Shown: positions 55,427 through 64,000 of the stretch, piece after piece
Numbering within the stretch: the stretch's first letter is position 1
Layout: every line of letters begins with the position of its first letter
Source of the DNA: an uncultured Alphaproteobacteria bacterium
Lineage (GTDB): Bacteria > Pseudomonadota > Alphaproteobacteria > Rs-D84
Length of the DNA stretch: 64,000 nucleotides
Assembly: GCA_934232895.1 (NCBI GenBank)
Contig: CAKQGH010000005.1
Location: forward strand, 1,422 to 65,421
Direction of reading: 5' to 3'
The notes under the pieces: model-generated
Told to the model about the DNA's origin: nothing
Database searches by the model: none
Seen by the model: only the letters and a program-made list of their open reading frames with translations
Translations under genes and position numbers: made by a program

Positions 55427-56716
55427 TTATTTTTTTATCGCGGCGTACCATTTTTTCAGGTTTCCCCATACAACATCGATGTTCTTTTTCGTGGTTTCAT
55501 AGAACGATGTTGGTATGGTTACATTTGCAAACAAAGTCTTGACCAGTGCGGGTATCATCGTCATAAACATGGCGATAAATATGCCCATCAATATGATTGT
55601 AATCAGACTGTCGTTGCGCATCATCAGCCCGTCCATCAAAATATGCGAATCGTTTTGTGCCAATGCCGCCGCCAACCGATTCGCACCGTTCCAACGCCCA
55701 AATATGGCATTCAAAAACATAACTGCGAATGTGATAAACACGCCAACCATTGCAATTCCCGCGGTACCACGCACAACATCGTCAATAATAGCCTTGATAT
55801 TTTTTCCACCATTTGGGAATATCGGCCACCCGGCGAACAACCACGACAGCAACATAAACGGAATCATTATCAAATCCATGGACAATTTGATAAATATTTC
55901 CAAAAAATACAGCGGTATTGGCAACAGCGCCGCAAAAAACAACACCAGCACCAACAGCCCCGCGAAAAATATTGGCACATTCGGGAACACTGGGACATCC
56001 CACATAATTTTGTGCATATATTGTTCGTTAAACGCCATATTTAACATGGTCCATCCAACGGTCATACCCAATCCGGTCATTTGGTGAACATTGCCAACCT
56101 CGCACGCCAAGTTATGGCGCAGGCGCGGCGAATATGCCCCAGCAGCGGCGGCGGTCGCATCAACCGATACCGGATCCGCAATTGCGGTTGCAACCACACA
56201 ATTTGAAAACGCATCATTACCCGCAACCACACGATTCAGCGACAGTCCAATATTAAAAACAGGCTCAATAACAATCGACGACAGCATTCGCGGCAATGGC
56301 ACCGCCAACAATGCGCACACCACGCCCAATTTTATAATTTGCGTACCGAACATACCAGCCAATGACCATGGGGTATCAACCTTGGCATTCATAAAACCGT
56401 TTAATAATTTCCAAGCGAACCAAACCGCAGTCAATCCCGCTGCGAATGGAATTATTACCGTGCCAATTGCATGATATATGCCGGGCAAAATATTTGACAT
56501 AGTTTGCATAATGTCTGCAAACATCTGGCACGACCAACACGATGAAAAGAAATTCATTGCATCCGCCATATTCGTTGGTGCCGCCGTGCGATATATTGAA
56601 AAACCCGCAATCACTCCCAGACCCGCAATACCGCCAACAACCAATGGCGCAACGGCCCCAGCCGAAAAAGGCAGGAATGATAAAAAAATCATCCAAAAAT
56701 TTTTTAGCTTGTTCAT
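55427..56716 (-). CDS. Polytopic membrane protein, paralog 1 (VirB6/TrbL-like by architecture)
   Basis: The start at MNKLKNFW (56716) avoids overlap with the divergent gene. It has about 8 hydrophobic helices, an N-proximal CWSC motif, a loop Cys pair, and a C-terminal tail IDVVWGNLKKWYAAIKK shared with paralogs 2 and 5. The functional call is an inference. Confidence 0.6.
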   Translation of the reverse strand: MNKLKNFWMIFLSFLPFSAGAVAPLVVGGIAGLGVIAGFSIYRTAAPTNMADAMNFFSSCWSCQMFADIMQTMSNILPGIYHAIGTVIIPFAAGLTAVWFAWKLLNGFMNAKVDTPWSLAGMFGTQIIKLGVVCALLAVPLPRMLSSIVIEPVFNIGLSLNRVVAGNDAFSNCVVATAIADPVSVDATAAAAGAYSPRLRHNLACEVGNVHQMTGLGMTVGWTMLNMAFNEQYMHKIMWDVPVFPNVPIFFAGLLVLVLFFAALLPIPLYFLEIFIKLSMDLIMIPFMLLSWLFAGWPIFPNGGKNIKAIIDDVVRGTAGIAMVGVFITFAVMFLNAIFGRWNGANRLAAALAQNDSHILMDGLMMRNDSLITIILMGIFIAMFMTMIPALVKTLFANVTIPTSFYETTKKNIDVVWGNLKKWYAAIKK

Positions 56717-56725
56717 CGCTTTAAG

Positions 56726-56755
56726 TATATCACATTTTGTCCCAAATGTGATATA
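56726..56755. promoter_or_regulatory. Perfect 12-bp palindrome in the divergent promoter region
   Basis: tatatcacattt and aaatgtgatata flank a tgtccc spacer. The right arm overlaps TGaTATAAT (56749-56757), an extended -10 facing paralog 2. Confidence 0.8.
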
Positions 56756-56787
56756 ATTGAACAGATAAATTAAATCGCAGTCAGAGA

Positions 56788-58089
56788 ATGTATTTCGCAC
56801 CACGCAAATTTTTACACCGCATCGCACGTGCCACGGCCATGTTGGCGGCGGCACTGTGCCTGGTAGGCGCGCCATCGGCGGCATTTGCACAGTATGAAAT
56901 TGTCGATGCGTTTAACCTGGCGCCGTTTGTACCGATGGTGCTTGATGCACTGATGGCGGTCGCAACCGGCGGTTACGAATTTTTTGTTGGGTCCGGGGAC
57001 GGCATTATTTATGTTTTGGTGTGGGGCTTCCTGGCGGTGTCGGTTGCGCTGTATTTGGTGAAATTATATTTCCCAAAAATATGGGTTTCATTTTTTGGTT
57101 TTTCGGGTGGTGGCGATATGGCGGGCGGCAAGGTCGGCGGTCAAACCATTGTTATGAATGTTCTGCATCCCGGGTTTCGCGCATTGATTGCGGCCGTGTT
57201 GTTATTACAAATCAGACCCGTATTTTTAACACAATGGCTGGTAAATCCATTTTTACAATTTGGCGCATTATATACGCACGCAATTACCGAAACAGTGAAT
57301 GCAACCGGCACCGCCACACCGCGAGTGGAATGTCCCGAGGCGATTGTGCAAAAGGCATGGATAAGTAAATCATCGTGCGAGTTTCTGGTTCAACCGGTAT
57401 CGGATATTTCATACGCCAATAACCGCGTTATCAAAAGCGGATTTGAATTTATCAATCGGGGGCTGCGCGGGCTGGTCACATTGGTGCCACATGGGGGCGA
57501 AGATTTCTTGAACATAATCACCGGTATATTGTTGGTATCTGCATTTGTTGGGTCCAACCTGTTTATGGCGTTGTTGATTATCCAGGGTATATTTAATTTT
57601 GGCATGGCGTTGGTTCTGTACCCGTTCCAAGTTTTAACTTGGGTTGCCAAACCAAAAAATCCAGACAAATGGTTTGATATACTGCCGGCGTTTTCTGGAA
57701 TTACAAAATCATTACAGCAATTGATTATCACCATGATTGCATGCGCGTTTATACTGTGCATAAATGTGGCGGTGATAAAATCGCTGTTCAGTTGGAACAG
57801 TTCCGTGTTTGTTGTTGCGGCGGGCGGCACGGCCACAAGCAATGTTCCACAAATGTCTGGGGCAATGGGATTTGGCGCACATTCAATATTGTGGTTGTCG
57901 TCAATAATGACATTCTATTTGATGTTTCGCATATTTGAATTGACGCGTAAACAATTGGATTCCTATGTCGGCAGTGGTATGGACGATTTGTACAAGAAAG
58001 CAACCGGCGACACCAAACGCGTTTGGGCAAACACCAAAGATTGGGGTAAAAAAATCGGCAAAGCAATTGGATGGTTGGGCAAGAAATGA
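56788..58089 (+). CDS. Polytopic membrane protein, paralog 2 (VirB6/TrbL-like by architecture)
   Basis: It has a signal-like N-terminus (MLAAALCLVGAPSAAFA), multiple TM helices, and the loop Cys pair VECPEA...SSCEF. The tail reads TKRVWANTKDWGKKIGKAI. Confidence 0.6.
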   Translation: MYFAPRKFLHRIARATAMLAAALCLVGAPSAAFAQYEIVDAFNLAPFVPMVLDALMAVATGGYEFFVGSGDGIIYVLVWGFLAVSVALYLVKLYFPKIWVSFFGFSGGGDMAGGKVGGQTIVMNVLHPGFRALIAAVLLLQIRPVFLTQWLVNPFLQFGALYTHAITETVNATGTATPRVECPEAIVQKAWISKSSCEFLVQPVSDISYANNRVIKSGFEFINRGLRGLVTLVPHGGEDFLNIITGILLVSAFVGSNLFMALLIIQGIFNFGMALVLYPFQVLTWVAKPKNPDKWFDILPAFSGITKSLQQLIITMIACAFILCINVAVIKSLFSWNSSVFVVAAGGTATSNVPQMSGAMGFGAHSILWLSSIMTFYLMFRIFELTRKQLDSYVGSGMDDLYKKATGDTKRVWANTKDWGKKIGKAIGWLGKK

Positions 58090-59282
58090 ATAACTGGATG
58101 AATTCTTTGGTTGATTCTTCGGTTCAGTGTTGGGGCTGTGGCGTGTTTGACCGACTGTTTCAAATTGTGTCGGTGGCGGCCGCATCGGTGTACAAACAAT
58201 TTGCAATAATTTGTGCGATTATATTTTGCGTGCTGTTTGCGTTCTTTGCCGTAAATGCCGTGTGGCAAAATATCAAGGGCGGCGTCGGCGACCCGTGGTA
58301 TAAAAAATCAATTCGTCCCGTGTTTATAAATGCTTTGGTTGCAATGGCATTTTTGGGCATGGGCGTTATGTTGCCACGCGCCATGACACAAATTACATTT
58401 GAACCCACGGCGCAAATTGCATTGATATATACGCAAAGTATGTTACAGACGAATTCCGACACCGTAAATGCCAAGGTGACATATCAACCCACAAAAATGG
58501 ATGACAACGGATTTTTCCGCCCGCAATTGCGCGATACAATTATATTGCTGATGAAAACAACCATTACACAATTTCAATCGTATATGAAACTGGGCATTGC
58601 GATGATGGACAACGCATTTTCATGGCGCGCAATTTTGGACATTGGCACATTGATTAAACATATAATTATGTTCGCCATTGGATTGTATCTGTTTTATGGA
58701 TTTTTCAAATTGTTCGTGCGTTTTTGTTTCTATTTCGCCGATATTATCATAGCAATGACATTCTTTGCATTTTTCTTTCCACTGTCGTTGGTTATGATGT
58801 CGTTTCGTGGTGCATCCGATATTCCAAAATGGATGTCGGGCATTGGCGCAAAATTAGGCACCGGGCAATTCAAAAATTTGATAAACGCAATCATTGCATT
58901 GGCGGCGGCGGTTTTAACATATACCGTTATGATGGTGGTTATTGCAAAATTCTTTTCCGCACCTGGTGCGTCGGCCGCCGAATTGATGCAAAACATTTTG
59001 TCGGGCAATGTATTTGCGGGCGACCTGTCCGATGCAAATGTTGCAACATTGACCATTACCAGCAGTGTCGTTTTGGTATATGTATTAAATTTCATATACG
59101 GCCAAATACCCAAGGTCACAAAAATGGTTTTGTCGGCGTTTGATGTTGATGCCGACCATAAACTGGGCGACCAATTGGCCGATGACGCATTGGGCGTATC
59201 CAAGAAAATAATAGACGCATTGGCAACCACCGGAAAAACTATTCTGGCGGGCGGCGAAACAAAATCAGGTGGCACAAAATGA
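58086..59282 (+). CDS. Polytopic membrane protein, paralog 3
   Basis: An ATGA overlap joins it to the paralog 2 stop. It has an N-proximal CWGC motif followed by FDRLF, and multiple TM helices. Confidence 0.6.
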   Translation: MNNWMNSLVDSSVQCWGCGVFDRLFQIVSVAAASVYKQFAIICAIIFCVLFAFFAVNAVWQNIKGGVGDPWYKKSIRPVFINALVAMAFLGMGVMLPRAMTQITFEPTAQIALIYTQSMLQTNSDTVNAKVTYQPTKMDDNGFFRPQLRDTIILLMKTTITQFQSYMKLGIAMMDNAFSWRAILDIGTLIKHIIMFAIGLYLFYGFFKLFVRFCFYFADIIIAMTFFAFFFPLSLVMMSFRGASDIPKWMSGIGAKLGTGQFKNLINAIIALAAAVLTYTVMMVVIAKFFSAPGASAAELMQNILSGNVFAGDLSDANVATLTITSSVVLVYVLNFIYGQIPKVTKMVLSAFDVDADHKLGDQLADDALGVSKKIIDALATTGKTILAGGETKSGGTK

Positions 59283-60712
59283 TGAAAGCAAAATTGATTT
59301 CCATTGCCATCAAATTTGTTATGGGTGCAATCGCACTGGGGTTGGGAATTTGGTATTTATCATCGTCAATCAGTGGCGCCGCATTGACATACACCAGTAT
59401 GGATAATTTTATGACCGCAATTGGCGCGGGGGGTGGCGATATTGCCGGGGCAAACGGATGCTTTATGTGCAAATATGTTGCCGAATTATTTGGTGTTATT
59501 GGGCGCGCTGCGGAAATGTTCTGGGTGGCGATGTTGGACAACATTTGGATATTGCTGGCGGTTGGGTTTGGAATATTTCTGTTTATATATACCGCGCAAT
59601 ATATTTTTGATGCCGCTAAAAAGACCGCCGCATTGGACGCCAAAGAAAAAAAATTGGAATTCGCCGGATGGTTCGACAAAGTATGGCGCCAGGCCGCCCG
59701 CATAATGTTGGTGGGCGCGGTACTAGGCACATTGGGTATGGGCGGCACGGGCGCGTTGCGCGCAATATCAAACATCACAATCACGCCTGTATTATATGTT
59801 GGTGCCGAATTATCCATGGCGGCATCGGGCGTCAATGACGCCAGCAAATGCGTGGCGGCAAATGTTGAAACCGACGATTTATTAAATCCAATACTGCAAC
59901 CATTTATGTGCACCATGGGCAATTTGAACAGCGTTATGCTGGCGGGCGCCGCAGGCGGATTTGCAATGATGAATTATGCGTGGCTGGGCATGGGCGGTGG
60001 CGCATTTACATGGATTGCGGGACTGGCGTTGGTTATAATGTTTTTAATTATTGGATTCGATTTATTTTTCCAGGTATTATCTGTCATATTCAAACTGGTG
60101 TTTTTAATTGTGTTTATGCCGTTGCTGATTGCGGCCACCGCATTCGAAGGCACATGGAAATTGGCCAGTGGTGTTGTGGCGAATGCGGTCAGTATGCTGG
60201 TTAAATCGGCCGTACGCATTGTGGCAATTTCACTGAAAATTTTAATTATCTATGCAACGGTATCTTTTGCCGCCGACGAATTTTTCCCCGGCCCCCACGA
60301 TGGGTACAGTGCGATATTGCCACCATTGATGGGGCGCACCGCACAAAACCCAGGCGCCCAAACATTATCGGTAATGAATGTATTTGCAACATGTGAACGC
60401 GTTGCATTGTCCGACGGCAAAATGGATGCGGCGAAATTCAAGGACTGTTTCACGGCCCAGCGCAATATGGTTGAACGCAAATATCCCGGCGCATTTGATT
60501 TTATGGGTGACGGATTTGAATTCTTGATAATGATGATATTTATGTTCGTGTTATATTTCCATATTGTGTCGCCACGCGTTGATGCAATTTTGGGCAAGGA
60601 TTCCAAAGAGCAATTTGATTTCGGCGCCTGGACCCGCGATCTGGGTAAAAAGATTTGGTCTGCGCCACAACAAATATTTGATGCCATATCTAAATCAATG
60701 GGGAACAAATAG
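59279..60712 (+). CDS. Polytopic membrane protein, paralog 4
   Basis: An ATGA overlap joins it to the paralog 3 stop. It has the CFMC motif followed by YVAELF, and the loop Cys pair SKCVAA...FMCTMG. Confidence 0.6.
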   Translation: MMKAKLISIAIKFVMGAIALGLGIWYLSSSISGAALTYTSMDNFMTAIGAGGGDIAGANGCFMCKYVAELFGVIGRAAEMFWVAMLDNIWILLAVGFGIFLFIYTAQYIFDAAKKTAALDAKEKKLEFAGWFDKVWRQAARIMLVGAVLGTLGMGGTGALRAISNITITPVLYVGAELSMAASGVNDASKCVAANVETDDLLNPILQPFMCTMGNLNSVMLAGAAGGFAMMNYAWLGMGGGAFTWIAGLALVIMFLIIGFDLFFQVLSVIFKLVFLIVFMPLLIAATAFEGTWKLASGVVANAVSMLVKSAVRIVAISLKILIIYATVSFAADEFFPGPHDGYSAILPPLMGRTAQNPGAQTLSVMNVFATCERVALSDGKMDAAKFKDCFTAQRNMVERKYPGAFDFMGDGFEFLIMMIFMFVLYFHIVSPRVDAILGKDSKEQFDFGAWTRDLGKKIWSAPQQIFDAISKSMGNK

Positions 60713-60714
60713 TA

Positions 60715-62016
60715 ATGAACCATATAGTGCGATTTTTATCAAAAATAATTCTGTGTGCCGCATTGATGTTTTGCACCCCACTGCATGCCGCGTCGAACAT
60801 TCCGACAACGGGCGACATCGGTGAATACGGCGCATGGACCACGCAACATAATCTGGATTTGGTCACGAATAATTTAACAACCGATTTAACCGAATTCCAA
60901 TCGGGGTTTGAATCGAAACAATTGGTAAAAAACTATGTCCCAATCGAGGCCAAAGTTGGTATGGCGTTTATGAATGCGCTGTCGTTGGTTGGTGAAATTT
61001 TGGATTCATCACTGGTGCGTTTTGTCGTGATATTTATTATTGCGGCATACATATTCTGGATTATGTTCGATACATATCAAATGATGACCACCAAATCCAA
61101 TGTGCGTGATTTGGTAAAAAGCATTGTAAAGCGCGGCATCACAATTGCGATATGGATTATTATATTGGAAATGGGTCCGGCACGCGTGTTTATGTGGGTG
61201 ATGGGGCCGATTATTATGGTGGGAACATACCTGTCCGATTTAATATTAAATTCGGTTGCAGGTATTGCCGGCGTGTCATTGCCCGACACATGTGGCGCCA
61301 TTCGCGAATATGCCGCGGCGCATACATCAACGCGGATGCTGGTTGATGCTAATGCCGCCGCCGATATGATGTGTGTGCCAACGCGTTTGTCCGGATTTTT
61401 CTATACCGCGGTTGCGGCCGGGTTCAAATGGATGATTGCCGGCATCGGGCACAGCGCATTTACATTTGTTGTTGGTGCGGTATTCGTTGTGATATTTACA
61501 TATAACGCGTTCAAGTTTGCTTTTATGGCATTGGGCGTGATTGCCGATTTGTTTATGTCGGTATTGATGTTGCCGTTTACCGCAATTGCCGAAACCGTTG
61601 GTAAAACATCGTACAAGGGTATTGCCGGCACAATATTCAATGGATTTTTGGGCCTGTTCAAGGTTGAATCTTTGTCCGCACAAATTCAACGCTTTATAAA
61701 CGCGGCGCTGTATTTCGTATCACTGTCTATTGTGGTGGCATTGTGTGCGGGTCTGTTGTCGGGCACAATCAGCACGAACATGGCATCAGACATCCCGACA
61801 TTGGAACATGGTGATTTTATGATAACATTGCTGACCGGGGCATTGGTTGCGTACCTGGCCAACCGTGCGGGTGAAATTGCCAAAAACCTGGGTGGCAGTA
61901 TAAACGACAGTTTCGGCACCCAATTCAAGAAAGATGTCGCCCGCGTATGGAACGACACATATACCACGGTGAAAAAATTTGCCGAAATTGTTCGCAAGGA
62001 TGGCGAGACAAAATAA
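60715..62016 (+). CDS. Polytopic membrane protein, paralog 5
   Basis: It starts 2 nt after the paralog 4 stop. It has a signal-like N-terminus (LCAALMFCTPLHA) and the loop Cys pair DTCGAI...MMCVPT. The tail reads VARVWNDTYTTVKKFAEIV. Confidence 0.6.
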   Translation: MNHIVRFLSKIILCAALMFCTPLHAASNIPTTGDIGEYGAWTTQHNLDLVTNNLTTDLTEFQSGFESKQLVKNYVPIEAKVGMAFMNALSLVGEILDSSLVRFVVIFIIAAYIFWIMFDTYQMMTTKSNVRDLVKSIVKRGITIAIWIIILEMGPARVFMWVMGPIIMVGTYLSDLILNSVAGIAGVSLPDTCGAIREYAAAHTSTRMLVDANAAADMMCVPTRLSGFFYTAVAAGFKWMIAGIGHSAFTFVVGAVFVVIFTYNAFKFAFMALGVIADLFMSVLMLPFTAIAETVGKTSYKGIAGTIFNGFLGLFKVESLSAQIQRFINAALYFVSLSIVVALCAGLLSGTISTNMASDIPTLEHGDFMITLLTGALVAYLANRAGEIAKNLGGSINDSFGTQFKKDVARVWNDTYTTVKKFAEIVRKDGETK

Positions 62017-62018
62017 TC

Positions 62019-64000
62019 TTAATCAACGAAAATAATATAATTGCGTGCGACCTTTTTTATACCGGTGCGCCGAAACGCAATGGTCAATATGTCGCCCGCA
62101 TCTTCGATAACAACGCCGCGTCCCATTTCCGCATGTTCAACCAGGCGCCCAACCGAATTTTTTTGAACAACCGGTTTTACCACGCGTGGCGTTGCGCGCG
62201 GAATTTGATTTGAATGCGCATATCGCGATGACGCGCCACCACCGAATTCCAAAAAATGATTATCCATTTCAGTTATAAAACGGCTGGGCGAATTATATTG
62301 TCGTGAACCAAATACCATACGCGACATTGCATTGGTGATAATTGCACGACGACGCGCACGCGTTATCGCAACATAGCCCAGACGGCGTTCCTCTTCCAAT
62401 CCGCCACCATCGATTGCCATATCGTTCGGGAAAATTCCATCCTCCCACGCGGGCAGAAACACCGTATCAAATTCCAATCCCTTGGCCGCGTGAATGGTCA
62501 TAATGCTGACCGCGGGGGCGGCGGGCGCCGCATCGTTATCATTATCGTCGGCGGTCATCAATGCCGCATGTTCCAAAAATTCCGGCAAAGTATCGTATTT
62601 CGCAATAACATTTGTCATCAATTCGCGAATGTTATCCAACCGGTCGGCGGCATCGGTATCCTTGGACGTGCGCCAATAATTTATATATCCCGATGCGTCC
62701 AATATTTTACGCGCCGCATCCATTGGTGGCATTGCCGCCCAATCAAAATCAAACGCCGACAAAAATTCCCCACGCGCCGCATCCATTTTTCCGGACAACT
62801 GTGCATTACGCAAACCCGACATCAGGTTGTCGCCCGCACTGCGCAATTTCTGTAATGCCGACGGTCCAAACCCGCGACGCGGTTTACCAATTATGCGCAT
62901 AAACGACATATCATCAAACGGGTATACCAACAGACGCAAATATGCAATTGCGTCGCGAATTTCCATACGGTCATAAAATTTGGTCGCACCAACCAATTTG
63001 TATGGAATGCCGCGCGATGTAAATTCTTCTTCGAACAGGCGCGACAAACTGCCCGCGCGAATTAAAACCGCAAACGACGAATATTCCGCGCCAGCACCCA
63101 CGCCACGGGCAATAGTATCGGCAATGACGCGCGTTTCATCCCAATCAGATGGCAATGTTAAAACATAAACCGGTTCGCCATTTTCCACACCAGATGCGGT
63201 ATGTAAATCCTTGCCCAGGCGGCCCTGGTTATGCCGTATCAACGAATTTGCCGCACCCAAAATGTTTGGCGTACTGCGATAATTTGTTTCCAGACGAATA
63301 ATTTGCGCATTTGGAAATTTTTTTTCAAAACCTAAAATGTTTTTTATTTCCGCCCCACGCCAAGAATATATTGATTGGTCATCATCACCAACACAGCAAA
63401 TATTCGGATTATCGTTATCACGCGTCAGCATTTCCAGGAACTGCATCTGGGCGCGATTCGTATCTTGGAATTCATCAACCATAATGTATTTGAATTGCCG
63501 CGAATACCGCGCCAATATTTCCGGATTTTTATCAAACAGATGTAATACATGCAATATAATGTCACCAAAATCAACCGCGCCCATACGCGCCAATTCGGCA
63601 TTATATGCATCCAGTATTTTTTGTGTTGATGCACCAATCATTGCATCATCGGTGGTGGCCAGGCCGCGATCCTTTATCGCCGATATGCGTTCCACCCAAT
63701 CAGACGGATTATAATCTTTGGCATCCAACGATAAATCGGCAAAAACATTTTTCAATGCAGATTTCTGGTCATCTTCGCCATAAATTAAAAAATCACGACG
63801 CAGGCCCGCGGCCGCCGCATTTGCCCGCAATATGCGCAGACAAATTGAATGGAATGTCCCACACCACAGGTCGCGCACATTCCACACGGAACCATCACCC
63901 GCAAATTCGGCAATACGGGTTTTCATTTCGTTTGCTGCACGGTTTGTAAATGTCAGTGCCAAAACCTGCCACGGCATGGCCAGACCGCGATTTAATATAT
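62019..64000 (-). CDS. uvrD: UvrD/Rep/PcrA-family DNA helicase II (N-terminus beyond the window end)
   Basis: Motifs LALTFTNRAANEM, MVDEFQDTN, VGDDDQSIYSWRGA, TIHAAKGLEFD and YVAITRAR are present. The reading frame stays open upstream of the first Met (…ILNRGLA-MPW). Confidence 0.93.
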   Translation of the reverse strand, partial: ILNRGLAMPWQVLALTFTNRAANEMKTRIAEFAGDGSVWNVRDLWCGTFHSICLRILRANAAAAGLRRDFLIYGEDDQKSALKNVFADLSLDAKDYNPSDWVERISAIKDRGLATTDDAMIGASTQKILDAYNAELARMGAVDFGDIILHVLHLFDKNPEILARYSRQFKYIMVDEFQDTNRAQMQFLEMLTRDNDNPNICCVGDDDQSIYSWRGAEIKNILGFEKKFPNAQIIRLETNYRSTPNILGAANSLIRHNQGRLGKDLHTASGVENGEPVYVLTLPSDWDETRVIADTIARGVGAGAEYSSFAVLIRAGSLSRLFEEEFTSRGIPYKLVGATKFYDRMEIRDAIAYLRLLVYPFDDMSFMRIIGKPRRGFGPSALQKLRSAGDNLMSGLRNAQLSGKMDAARGEFLSAFDFDWAAMPPMDAARKILDASGYINYWRTSKDTDAADRLDNIRELMTNVIAKYDTLPEFLEHAALMTADDNDNDAAPAAPAVSIMTIHAAKGLEFDTVFLPAWEDGIFPNDMAIDGGGLEEERRLGYVAITRARRRAIITNAMSRMVFGSRQYNSPSRFITEMDNHFLEFGGGASSRYAHSNQIPRATPRVVKPVVQKNSVGRLVEHAEMGRGVVIEDAGDILTIAFRRTGIKKVARNYIIFVD

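Noticed and set aside
1-64000. A mobile element (prophage, ICE, IS) carrying the T4SS genes.
   Set aside because: I recognised no integrase, transposase, relaxase, replication or phage structural gene in any frame. The T4SS-like genes are embedded among housekeeping genes. The only integration-like scars are the tRNA-Trp 3' duplication and the tRNA-like fragment near tRNA-Glu.

Overview
This 64-kb chromosomal segment is most consistent with an alphaproteobacterium, possibly a host-associated lineage. That placement is an inference from four things: a GapR/DUF2312 gene, a SPOR-tailed DacA, tRNA-Trp-secE-nusG-rplK synteny, and an rvh-like scattered T4SS layout. I count about 60 protein genes and 3 tRNAs (Trp-CCA, Gln-UUG, Glu-CUC). 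I saw no rRNA, CRISPR array, transposase or integrase. Most genes are housekeeping: yidC, lspA, kef, rsmA, recR, dacA, pyk, pyrG, comEC, truA, fmt, def, rmuC, gyrA, rpmH, valS, comF, murG, ftsW, mraY, PBP1A, rpmE, uvrD. The accessory or unusual content falls into five groups. (1) A stand-alone virB8-virB9-virB10 operon lies beside tRNA-Trp. Its VirB9 ends in a SPOR-like domain, and its VirB10 is 833 aa with an Ig-like insert and a Cys-rich C-terminal tail. (2) About 49 kb away are five paralogous polytopic membrane proteins (VirB6/TrbL-like by architecture). One is divergent and four are translationally coupled, arranged around a perfect 12-bp palindrome. (3) A lipoprotein islet sits between tRNA-Gln and tRNA-Glu. 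It includes two tandem TbpB/fHbp-like surface lipoproteins with near-identical signal peptides, bracketed by a repeated ~52-nt terminator module. (4) A marR-tolC-MFP-RND operon has an unusually short adaptor protein. (5) Terminator-containing structured leader RNAs form a family. Two are clearly homologous copies on opposite strands 28 kb apart, and a third shares the same architecture with compensatory stem changes. They precede a secreted protein gene, an XRE regulator gene and the lipoprotein pair. All functional calls come from reading motifs by eye. No database or folding computation was possible.
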